Shown here: positions 8,465-15,718 of the stretch, piece by piece
Numbering within the stretch: position 1 is the first letter of the stretch
Layout of the letters: each line of letters opens with the position of its first letter
Origin: a virus
DNA: 27,036 nt
Virus record (IMG/VR): IMGVR_UViG_3300038825_000096
Span: 1-27,036 of that record
Reading direction: 5' to 3' (one strand)
The notes under the pieces: model-generated
Told to the model about the DNA's origin: nothing
Seen by the model: only the letters and a program-made list of their open reading frames with translations
Database searches by the model: none
Position numbers and translations under genes: made by a program

Positions 8465-8721
8465 TAATCAAATGGTTCATTTATGCCTCTCTCTCCTATT
8501 AGCTTTTCTTTTGCTCCATCCCATAATTTATCATGTCGTTTTTTTTTACTTAATGATGCTTCTGTTCTTTTAATACTTGGCATCCCCTCGGCAGGTTCAC
8601 TATCCATATATTTACCACATTTACACATTACATCTGCAACCCATTTACCATCTCTAAAGACTATGGTTGCTTTGCTTACTTCCTTTTCTTGCTCTCCGCA
8701 TGGGCATTTGTATAGTGTCAT
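8464..8721 (-). CDS. Zinc-ribbon-like small protein (85 aa)
   Basis: Two Cys pairs, CPCG...CKCG. Gene overlaps on both sides. Confidence 0.5.
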   Translation of the reverse strand: MTLYKCPCGEQEKEVSKATIVFRDGKWVADVMCKCGKYMDSEPAEGMPSIKRTEASLSKKKRHDKLWDGAKEKLIGERGINEPFD

Positions 8722-8984
8722 AGCTTCCCTCCTGTTTGTGCTAATCCGCCTGTTCTTGTTTTGCTTTTACCATAAATTATATCTAATTCAAAATGCAAAT
8801 GGTTTATAGCTTTTCTTATATCTTGCTCAGCAGGATTGCCTTCTTTTTTACCTGCTCTTAAAAGATAGGTAATAGCGGTTCCTAAATTATAACTCTCCGC
8901 CTGAAAATCCTCTATAACCTTCCTTGCTTCTATTTTATGGCTTTTACCTATGTAGTAGTGTGGTATTTCTTCTTTCTTTGTCAT
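8718..8984 (-). CDS. DUF3310-family protein (88 aa)
   Basis: IPHYY...IEARKVIEDF...LGTAITYLLRAGKKEGNPAEQDIRKAINHL fits the DUF3310 pattern (HY..iE.i..f..gnaiKYl.Rag.K...eDl.KA). Confidence 0.65.
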   Translation of the reverse strand: MTKKEEIPHYYIGKSHKIEARKVIEDFQAESYNLGTAITYLLRAGKKEGNPAEQDIRKAINHLHFELDIIYGKSKTRTGGLAQTGGKL

Positions 8985-9165
8985 TTTCTAATATTTTAAT
9001 TAAACCCTCTTGGGTGTTTAGCTTTCTTGATTTTGATGACTTTCTATATTCTTCTGGGCAATAAATTAATTTAACTTCCCTTACTAAATTATTATCATCA
9101 TACTTTACTATCCATCTGCTTGAATAGTGCATTTTATTTCTTTTTAAATGTGTTAAATAACTCAT
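8944..9165 (-). CDS. Hypothetical protein (73 aa)
   Basis: ORF with an ATG start, a 4-nt overlap upstream and a 41-nt overlap downstream. Confidence 0.45.
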   Translation of the reverse strand: MSYLTHLKRNKMHYSSRWIVKYDDNNLVREVKLIYCPEEYRKSSKSRKLNTQEGLIKILENDKERRNTTLLHR

Positions 9166-9563
9166 TCCGAATATTTTTTATATAGTTTTTTTATTCCATC
9201 ATAGCATGTAGATATACAACTACCACAATTTGTAGTAGGGCTGTAAGAAGTCATGTGTATAACGTTGTATGTTTCTATCATTCTTTTTTTTGCTTGTACA
9301 TTTTTTGCTCTGCCTGTTTTTAAATCTTTCCACATATCTAATATTTCATCTATTATTTCTTGTGGCAAATCATCAGGTGTTTCTATATCTGTTGTTTTTT
9401 GCCAAAAACCCTGCGGACACTCCATTGGTGCCAATCTGCACTTCAGTTTCATAAAACACAAACACCGTTTGCACGTCCCTGTTGGCTTAAAATAATAAAC
9501 ACATGATTTGCATATTTCTAGCCTATCCTTATACACATTATTTGGCACAAAAAACTTATTCAT
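9162..9563 (-). CDS. Cys-rich, probably zinc-binding protein (133 aa)
   Basis: CKSCVYYFKPTGTCKRCLCFMKLKCRLAPMECPQGFW at the N-terminus and CGSCISTC at the C-terminus. It overlaps the sigma-like gene by 8 nt. Confidence 0.55.
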   Translation of the reverse strand: MNKFFVPNNVYKDRLEICKSCVYYFKPTGTCKRCLCFMKLKCRLAPMECPQGFWQKTTDIETPDDLPQEIIDEILDMWKDLKTGRAKNVQAKKRMIETYNVIHMTSYSPTTNCGSCISTCYDGIKKLYKKYSE

Positions 9564-10140
9564 TTAGATTTTTCTTTAAAATGTTTCTTACTTTGTCTAT
9601 TGTTGTAAATATACTATTTCTGCTTATTTTTGTTTTTTTATGTATTTTATCTAGTGTGCTGCCCTCTTCATAATAGTAAAGCTTAAACAATTCCCTATCG
9701 TACCAATATTCTAATTTGTCGAGCTCTTGGTCAATCAATTCCAATTTTTCTAATTTTGTGTTGTCTATTTCTTCATTCGGAATGTTATGTAAACTTTTAG
9801 AAACATTATTGTCAAAATATATATTATCATCATTATAAGTACAACTAAGAGTGTAAATAGAACTATCAATATGTGTGTAATACTTTTCATATTTATAATA
9901 AAAATTGCTTCTAGTGCTTGTTAATGCTCTTCTTAAAGCAACCGCCCCATATCTTGTTAATCCATCTACACCATCTTTCTCATATATATCTTTTAACGTA
10001 TCTGGATTCATTTGGCTAAGAAAATAAAGCATTAATTCTTGCACCGCTTCATTTACTTTGTTTTCATCTGTTGTTAACCCATAAGCCATTGTTCTAAACT
10101 TATCTGTTAATTTAGCTATTTCTAAATATATCTCAGTCAT
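9556..10140 (-). CDS. Sigma-70/ECF-like RNA polymerase sigma factor (194 aa)
   Basis: Region-2-like segment NEAVQELMLYFLSQ...LTRYGAVALRRALTSTRSN. Region-4-like HTH ELFKLYYYEEGSTLDKIHKKTKISRNSIFTTIDKVRNILKKNL. Confidence 0.55.
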   Translation of the reverse strand: MTEIYLEIAKLTDKFRTMAYGLTTDENKVNEAVQELMLYFLSQMNPDTLKDIYEKDGVDGLTRYGAVALRRALTSTRSNFYYKYEKYYTHIDSSIYTLSCTYNDDNIYFDNNVSKSLHNIPNEEIDNTKLEKLELIDQELDKLEYWYDRELFKLYYYEEGSTLDKIHKKTKISRNSIFTTIDKVRNILKKNLNE

Positions 10141-10489
10141 GTTTAGGCTCTATTTTATCTAGCTTTTCTACGACCTCATATAGCATTTCATCTAACACAA
10201 CTTTATATGCCCTGACTACTGCTGCATTTGCCTTTGTTTCTATCCCTGCAAAGAACCCATTTGTTGCTACTGATAAGTTTATTGGAATAATCATAATCCA
10301 ATCGTAAAAGTTGTTTTCATGTGTTCCTTTACCATAGTTATTAGAATACTCCATAATTACATCAACAACTTCTAAATAATTGTTATATCTTGTTTTGGTT
10401 GTGACATCTTCAACAAATTGTTTGCACATAGTAATATAAACATCTATAATAGATTTGTGGTGTTCACTTGCGTATATTGGTTTGTGCAT
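10133..10489 (-). CDS. Hypothetical protein (118 aa)
   Basis: ORF with an ATG start. A TAAATTTG element lies 4 nt upstream of the ATG. Confidence 0.5.
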   Translation of the reverse strand: MHKPIYASEHHKSIIDVYITMCKQFVEDVTTKTRYNNYLEVVDVIMEYSNNYGKGTHENNFYDWIMIIPINLSVATNGFFAGIETKANAAVVRAYKVVLDEMLYEVVEKLDKIEPKHD

Positions 10490-10511
10490 ACGCCAAATTT
10501 ATAATAAATGT

Positions 10512-10922
10512 TTACTCAATTCCCTTTTCTTTTTTTAAGTTTTTAACAACCTCTTTGTAATAACTTATTTTTTCTTCATAATCTACCCTAGAAAACTTTT
10601 GTATTTGTCTAGATTTAATTTGTAATCTTTCAGCAGTTCCCTCTCCATATTGAGCATCTAAATTAATACCGAACTGATATTGTCTGCCCTGACCATAAAG
10701 ATTATCCGCTATTGACTGTGGTTGTACGTTAATTTCATCCCACCTTGTAGATAAGCATTTCCTAGACATAAAATGTCCTGCATGAATACTCTTATAGTGA
10801 TAGTACCGCCCTGATGTGTAACACTTTACAAAACCTAAATCATCAGCATCCCTTAGCCTAATGTAAAGACTAAACCATTTGTCTAATTCTTTTTTTAATT
10901 TGCTAATTGACTTTTTTACCAT
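10512..10922 (-). CDS. ninG: NinG/Rap-like recombination endonuclease (136 aa)
   Basis: LDKWFSLYIRLRDADDLGFVKCYTSG...HAGHFMSR...RWDEINVQPQSIADN fits the lambda NinG family pattern (f..yIR.RD...C.sCg...aGHy.s...N...QC..CN), although the second Cys pair is not conserved here. Confidence 0.6.
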   Translation of the reverse strand: MVKKSISKLKKELDKWFSLYIRLRDADDLGFVKCYTSGRYYHYKSIHAGHFMSRKCLSTRWDEINVQPQSIADNLYGQGRQYQFGINLDAQYGEGTAERLQIKSRQIQKFSRVDYEEKISYYKEVVKNLKKEKGIE

Positions 10923-11242
10923 ATTGATTTTTGTGCAAATTGTTTAGGCGGTGCATTGTATATATATTTTGCAATAGTAGTGTTTCTGCCAAATCTAGTT
11001 TTTTTCGTTAATGGCTTACTATCTATATTATAGCCCTCTTTTCTATGGTTAAATATAATAGCTGACAATCTAGTTGCTCCATACTCTTTTATTGCTTCAT
11101 AGCTTGTAATACTGCCATATGTTTTTAAATGCCATAAAACTGCATCTGATTGTGATTTTACCTCATGTTGTTTAATTGTAATTGTTTTCATTGTCTTATT
11201 TGTCTTATTAGCCACATTGCAATGGCTGTTATTAATACCCAC
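10916..11242 (-). CDS. Winged-helix/HTH_39-like DNA-binding protein (108 aa, or 91 aa from ATG 11191)
   Basis: DAVLWHLKTYGSITSYEAIKEYGATRLSAIIFNHRKEGYNIDSKP...AKYIY. The track start at 11242 is a GTG. The internal ATG (MKTITIK) at 11191 is an alternative start. Confidence 0.55.
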   Translation of the reverse strand: MGINNSHCNVANKTNKTMKTITIKQHEVKSQSDAVLWHLKTYGSITSYEAIKEYGATRLSAIIFNHRKEGYNIDSKPLTKKTRFGRNTTIAKYIYNAPPKQFAQKSIW

Positions 11243-11246
11243 CCTG

Positions 11247-11615
11247 TCATCTTAAAAGTTTTGGTTCTGCTCTAAAATGTGGAACTTGTTTTGGATTCTC
11301 TCCTTTATCTACTCTTGCTCTAGCATCCCATATAAGCTGCTGATGCTTTCTAAGCCACTTTATATAGGTTGGAACGTTTAAGTGTATAAAATCGCTTGTT
11401 ATAGGGCTTCTTACCCCTAAATTAAAAGCGTTTTCAGCATCTTCAAAATAAAAGTTCTTATACATTCTTTTTAAATCAGTTGCTAGGCTTTGAGCCATTA
11501 TAGATATTGTATCCTCTTCAACGTTATTTTGCCCTAGTTCTATATATGTTTTGCTGACTAAATCAACAGAACACATTAACAAATCTTCATTAGACATTGT
11601 TTTAATTATTCTCAT
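11247..11615 (-). CDS. Hypothetical protein (122 aa)
   Basis: ORF with an ATG start and a 14-nt overlap with the upstream gene. Confidence 0.5.
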   Translation of the reverse strand: MRIIKTMSNEDLLMCSVDLVSKTYIELGQNNVEEDTISIMAQSLATDLKRMYKNFYFEDAENAFNLGVRSPITSDFIHLNVPTYIKWLRKHQQLIWDARARVDKGENPKQVPHFRAEPKLLR

Positions 11616-12222
11616 TTTTAAATTGTTTTTTTAATTTTTCTTTTACGTTAATATTTTTTTGTAAATGTTGATGGATTTTACTCATAGTTTTTGGTTTATC
11701 CCATTTCTTTTGATTTTTTTGCCAACGCAATAATCTTAATTTTATTTCAAATGTACTTTGTTTTTGGTATCTCATTTTCTTTTTACCCTCAGTCCAATAG
11801 TTTATAAAATCCTCTAACATGTCTTTAGGATAATCAAAAGTCATAACCTCTAAAATAAATTTTTCTTTAGTTATACTTATATTACTTGTATTATTATTAC
11901 TTGTATTATTACCTTTCATCTTTTTATGTATAGGGCTATCCATCTTTTTCGTAATACCTATACATCTTTTTGTTATCTGCTTTTTAGAGTTCCTTTCAAC
12001 ATTTACAGTTATAAATCCTAATTTTTTTAAATCACTAATCCAACTGCTAATAGTGTTTTTACTAACTCCATACAATTCAGCAAAATAATTATTAGTTGCA
12101 TAACAGTACCCCAACTTGCCACTTAATGCAGTTATCTCTCCATATAAAAGCTTAGCATTAGGTTTTAAGTTAGAGTACCTTACCTCAGCAGGTATTATAG
12201 CATAATAGTTAGGTTTGTCCAT
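11602..12222 (-). CDS. HTH replication initiator / replisome organiser-like protein (206 aa)
   Basis: The N-terminus YYAIIPAEVRYSNLKPNAKLLYGEITALSGKLGYCYATNNYFAELYGVSKNTISSWISDLKKLGFI is typical of phage replisome-organiser N-terminal HTH domains. A low-complexity linker (NNTSN x2) follows. Confidence 0.55.
   Translation of the reverse strand: MDKPNYYAIIPAEVRYSNLKPNAKLLYGEITALSGKLGYCYATNNYFAELYGVSKNTISSWISDLKKLGFITVNVERNSKKQITKRCIGITKKMDSPIHKKMKGNNTSNNNTSNISITKEKFILEVMTFDYPKDMLEDFINYWTEGKKKMRYQKQSTFEIKLRLLRWQKNQKKWDKPKTMSKIHQHLQKNINVKEKLKKQFKNENN
11880..11971. repeat. Iteron-like repeat cluster inside the organiser gene: 15-bp tandem x2 (11880..11909) plus CATCTTTTT x3 (11917, 11941, 11963)
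   Basis: tattacttgtattat occurs twice back to back. catcttttt occurs three times at 24-nt and 22-nt spacing. The surroundings are very AT-rich. Confidence 0.6.
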
Positions 12223-12731
12223 TAAATAATTTTAATTTTACAATGATAGTTTTCCATCGCAAACTTAATATTTTCAAATTGATTGGAAAAATCAAAGTAA
12301 GATGTTTTAATAATACATATAGCTTTACCACTTTTCACTTCTATACAAACTTGAACCTTCTGGCTTTCAACAACCCCATTTTGCAACAAGTGACTTTTTA
12401 AAACATCATCATTATTAAAAGTCTTTTTTGTTTTATCAATATTTTCAAATGCTGCATAAACTTTGTTGAAAGTATTTCTGTAAACTAAACAGGTTGCATA
12501 GTTATGTTTATGGGTATTCTCATAGTGATAGATTAAACTTCTATCCCTATTTAATTCTTTCCCTATTACTGTTCTGTGTATGTTCTGCTCTAGCCTACCT
12601 ATATAGGCTGCTACTGCTCTGGCAACCTGTAATGGTCGTTTTCTACTTCTTAATGCTAAAGAACCTTTAGGAATGTTTAATACGCTTGTAGTAAGGTCAC
12701 ATATTGCTTTAAAATTTATTTCTTCTGTCAT
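12222..12731 (-). CDS. DnaA domain-IV-like DNA-binding protein (169 aa)
   Basis: LRSRKRPLQVARAVAAYIGRLEQNIHRTVIGKELNRDRSLIYHY parallels the E. coli DnaA C-terminus [45 protein letters not shown]. Here the domain sits at the N-terminus. Confidence 0.6.
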   Translation of the reverse strand: MTEEINFKAICDLTTSVLNIPKGSLALRSRKRPLQVARAVAAYIGRLEQNIHRTVIGKELNRDRSLIYHYENTHKHNYATCLVYRNTFNKVYAAFENIDKTKKTFNNDDVLKSHLLQNGVVESQKVQVCIEVKSGKAICIIKTSYFDFSNQFENIKFAMENYHCKIKII

Positions 12732-12733
12732 AA

Positions 12734-13102
12734 TTAAAATGGTAAATTATCATCAGCGGTTACAAAATCGCCATTTAACATAGTGTCTTTATTGTCTAGT
12801 AAATTTTTTTTAGGAGCATTGTTGCTAATCTCATTTTGATTTACAAAAAACCACCCATCAATTTGATTATAATACTTTCCGTTATACTCCCTAGAATAAA
12901 CATTACAGCTTATAGCAACCATATCACCCTCTTTTAGTTTATTCATCTGCTTAACCTTATCCCCAAAACATTTGATAGCTATAATGTTATTAAATTTCTC
13001 TTCTGTGTCTACTAAGCAGGTTTGACTTTCCCAAGTCTTTCCTGATTTACTTGTTCCTGCTTCAGCTTGTAACTTCTTAATTAATTTTCCTTTTACTTCC
13101 AT
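12734..13102 (-). CDS. DUF3127-type OB-fold single-stranded DNA-binding protein (122 aa)
   Basis: The N-terminus MEVKGKLIKKL...SKSGKTWESQ...GDKV...LKEGD is typical of DUF3127. The C-terminal tip DDNLPF matches the SSB acidic tip (DDDIPF). Confidence 0.6.
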   Translation of the reverse strand: MEVKGKLIKKLQAEAGTSKSGKTWESQTCLVDTEEKFNNIIAIKCFGDKVKQMNKLKEGDMVAISCNVYSREYNGKYYNQIDGWFFVNQNEISNNAPKKNLLDNKDTMLNGDFVTADDNLPF

Positions 13103-13108
13103 AGTTTT

Positions 13109-13513
13109 TTATTTATTTAATTGATTATTACTCTTTTTAAAATCTTCTGCTTCATCTTCTCCTTTAACACCTATTTCATACAGCCCTAAAATTTCTAATG
13201 TGGCTCTTGCATATGCTCTTTTCTGTGCCATCTCTAATACATAATGGGAGTTGGTATTACCATCTTTAAAAGTATTTCCCTTTAATGCAGAACCAAATGT
13301 TTCAATAGTTTTGTTTCCTTTAGTTGCTATTGCCTTTACTCCTGCAAAATTACATTCACATTTAACCACCTCGTAATGTATATCAATAGATTCATAAGCA
13401 TTTATTTTTGCTATTGCACTTCTGGTCAAGATAATATAGTGCTGATGCTTAAAAATATCTTCTTTTTCTAATTCGTACTTTAAGTACATTTCTTTAATTT
13501 TTTCTGTTTTCAT
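13109..13513 (-). CDS. Conserved phage protein, possibly an ssDNA-annealing (Rad52/Sak-like) factor (134 aa)
   Basis: The motif YVLEMAQKRAYARATLEILGLYE is reminiscent of annealase signatures. It lies adjacent to the SSB. This is a weak call. Confidence 0.3.
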   Translation of the reverse strand: MKTEKIKEMYLKYELEKEDIFKHQHYIILTRSAIAKINAYESIDIHYEVVKCECNFAGVKAIATKGNKTIETFGSALKGNTFKDGNTNSHYVLEMAQKRAYARATLEILGLYEIGVKGEDEAEDFKKSNNQLNK

Positions 13514-13758
13514 TTATCTTTAATGTGTTTAATTAATTGTTCCTTTATATATTCTAATTGCTCTGAATCTATCCATTGTAAAAAATTATACGAATCAAAA
13601 CAAATCTGAAAAATATTCCCATCCTCGTCTTTGCCACGTAAATAAATATCGTTTTTGTAAACTTGGAACGAGCTAATATCATCCATAATTTTAAATAGTA
13701 CCTCTTTTGATTCTCTTAATTCTTCCGTTTCTTGATTTGCTAATTCTATTGGCATCAT
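13510..13758 (-). CDS. Small acidic early protein (82 aa)
   Basis: ORF with ATGA overlaps on both sides. It is visibly rich in D/E. Confidence 0.5.
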   Translation of the reverse strand: MMPIELANQETEELRESKEVLFKIMDDISSFQVYKNDIYLRGKDEDGNIFQICFDSYNFLQWIDSEQLEYIKEQLIKHIKDK

Positions 13759-14087
13759 ATCGTTGTTATTAGTGCTAAGTTATTATCCATTTTATTATAT
13801 ATTTCCTTGTATTCTTTTAGTTTCTTTTTAATGACCTCATTTCTATCTTTGTCATAAAAACGTGAATCTTTTGGCTCAGGCTTAAAATCAAAACCTTCAT
13901 CTAAATTAAGCCCTGTTAGTTCTATATAATCATCTAAAGCTTTGTTTATCTGTTTTTGCGTTCCAAAGATTCTAATGCTAGGTTCAACTTTTTTAAGGTC
14001 TGTAAACCAACCATCAGGCGACAGCTTTTCTATTGTCTTGTAAATTTCGTTATTATAAAAATAAAAGTCCTGTGCTATCAATTCCAT
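13755..14087 (-). CDS. Hypothetical early protein (110 aa)
   Basis: ORF with an ATG start, tightly packed. Confidence 0.5.
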   Translation of the reverse strand: MELIAQDFYFYNNEIYKTIEKLSPDGWFTDLKKVEPSIRIFGTQKQINKALDDYIELTGLNLDEGFDFKPEPKDSRFYDKDRNEVIKKKLKEYKEIYNKMDNNLALITTI

Positions 14088-14089
14088 AA

Positions 14090-14305
14090 TTAGTAGTTTA
14101 ATAATTTTGTAAATTTATATTCACTTTCTTTTAATTCGTTTAAATATAAAATAAAGTTATACCCAAAAAAGTGTAGAAACATTTCAGCCCTTCCATTTCC
14201 CCAATTTTTAAATGTAAATGTTATATATTTAAAGGAGTATGTTTGTTTTAAACTGTTACTGCATTTGTGATAAAAATATTTACTGTGTTTAAAATCTATT
14301 TTCAT
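14090..14305 (-). CDS. Hypothetical early protein (71 aa from ATG 14305; the track extends it to TTG 14398)
   Basis: The track start is a TTG that overlaps the upstream gene by 73 nt. The in-frame ATG (MKIDFKH) at 14305 lies 20 nt after the upstream stop. Confidence 0.45.
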   Translation of the reverse strand: MKIDFKHSKYFYHKCSNSLKQTYSFKYITFTFKNWGNGRAEMFLHFFGYNFILYLNELKESEYKFTKLLNY

Positions 14306-14325
14306 TTCTTTTTTATTTTTTAAAA

Positions 14326-14583
14326 TTAGTAATTTAATTGTATGTGAAGCAACATAGAGCAAATAGTCGCTGCAATTAATACACTTGTTATTAGCCAAAC
14401 AGGTATTTTATTTAAGTAGTTAATTTCTTCAATATAATAATCACCTATCATATTACGTTTGCCATACTTATCCCAATTTGACATTTGAGTTTTGCTATAA
14501 GAAAAGAATATATCTTTTTCGTGTTGATTCATAATTTGCGTGTTACCACTTAACTTGTTTGTAATTTTGTAATTTGTTTTCAC
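14326..14583 (-). CDS. First early gene, a small membrane protein (85 aa, C-terminal TM IPVWLITSVLIAATICSMLL)
   Basis: GTG start 27 nt downstream of the predicted promoter. An alternative ATG (MNQHEKD) lies 17 codons in. Confidence 0.45.
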   Translation of the reverse strand: MKTNYKITNKLSGNTQIMNQHEKDIFFSYSKTQMSNWDKYGKRNMIGDYYIEEINYLNKIPVWLITSVLIAATICSMLLHIQLNY

Positions 14584-14610
14584 TTTTCTTTGTTATTGAT
14601 TAATATGGTA

Positions 14611-14641
14611 CAAAGATACAACAAAAAATGATATAAACAAG
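14611..14641 (-). promoter_or_regulatory. Bacteroidota-type promoter (cTTG-N19-TATCTTTG) for the early operon
   Basis: The coding strand reads AACTTGTTTATATCATTTTTTGTTGTATCTTTG. This matches the -33 TTTG / -7 TAnnTTTG consensus with 19-nt spacing, and it lies in the largest non-coding gap. Confidence 0.45.
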
Positions 14642-14782
14642 TTTATTCACAAAAAATGTTAAAAAAAATGCCTTTATATCTAGTAAATTTTTTTAAAAAA
14701 ACTTATAAATTAAGCAAAAGAATGGTGAAAATGATTAAAAAATACAATATAAATAGACGTAAATTTGTTTGTTTTTCGGTCA

Positions 14783-15517
14783 TTATAGCGGCATTAATAG
14801 ATTAATAGGCGTTGTTCCCTCTAAAACTACCCCACAGGCAATAGCAGGTTTTTTACCTCTTTTAGCGTATGCCATTGCGTAAGTATCGTGGTCTATCCCA
14901 CAACCTACCTGCATGCCAAACACCCTAAAGTTTTGACCTACATAGTGTTCTATATAACATTGAGTATGTAAATGACCTTGAACTGTGTTCATCATATCAG
15001 CCCTACATTTTGTTCTGCTCGTTCCTGCTTCTCCATGAATGTATTGAACATTATCAATAACTAATCTATCTACAAACTCCCAATTAGGAACTTCTAAAAC
15101 TTCTCTATAAGACTTAATCCACTTGCTAGGTATTAATGAGGTTTGAGCTTTTCGCATTATCATCCTATCATGATTTCCAACTATTACAGTTGCTTTAGGG
15201 AATGCCCTATACCATTTAGCTATTTTACTTATTGCATGTTCTAACTCTTGCTTTCCTGTATATTCAGCTTCAATATCTATTTCATGAAAACTGGTATAAT
15301 GATTATCAATAATATCACCAATCATTACTACATCTGTGCAGTTCCAAGTTTCATATTGCTCCAAACAAAACTCTAAATATCCATCTAAACAAAATGGTTC
15401 ATGCAAGTCGCCAACAACTAGGACATTCCTAGTGTCAGCTTCTCGCATTTTTTTTAGTGCCGCTATCTCATGCGGCTTTAATCTGTATCTGTTATTACTT
15501 CTTTGCTGCATCTGCAA
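14783..15517 (-). CDS. Calcineurin-like metallophosphoesterase (244 aa)
   Basis: Ordered motifs VVGDLHEP (DxH), IGDIIDNH (GDxxDR-like), GNHD and GHLH. Confidence 0.8.
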   Translation of the reverse strand: MQMQQRSNNRYRLKPHEIAALKKMREADTRNVLVVGDLHEPFCLDGYLEFCLEQYETWNCTDVVMIGDIIDNHYTSFHEIDIEAEYTGKQELEHAISKIAKWYRAFPKATVIVGNHDRMIMRKAQTSLIPSKWIKSYREVLEVPNWEFVDRLVIDNVQYIHGEAGTSRTKCRADMMNTVQGHLHTQCYIEHYVGQNFRVFGMQVGCGIDHDTYAMAYAKRGKKPAIACGVVLEGTTPINLLMPL

Positions 15518-15689
15518 AGCCTTGCCCTAATACTAAAGCACCGATACTGATTAAAATGTTTTTAACCTCTTCAGGATTTAATCCAAAGGTGTCGCTTAAT
15601 AAAGTTGTTACAATTCCAATTACTGTGTACCAAAACTTCCTGCTTTTAAGCATAGAGCCAATTAGATACTTGTTTAAAAAGTCATTCAT
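15495..15689 (-). CDS. Putative holin (64 aa, two hydrophobic segments)
   Basis: FWYTVIGIVTTLL and ILISIGALVLGQGF with a charged C-terminus (DAAKK). It lies immediately downstream of the endolysin. Confidence 0.45.
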   Translation of the reverse strand: MNDFLNKYLIGSMLKSRKFWYTVIGIVTTLLSDTFGLNPEEVKNILISIGALVLGQGFADAAKK

Positions 15690-15718
15690 GATTATTTATT
15701 TTAGTTAGTAAATTTATT

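Noticed and set aside
10441-10456. Near-copies of the late motif inside coding regions (tctataatagattt at 10442-10455; also 26282-26293, 26672-26683, 15830-15840, 11055-11065)
   Set aside because: Each has one or more mismatches to the 11-mer and lies within ORFs. TATA-rich strings are common in this AT-rich genome, so these were not counted as motif instances.
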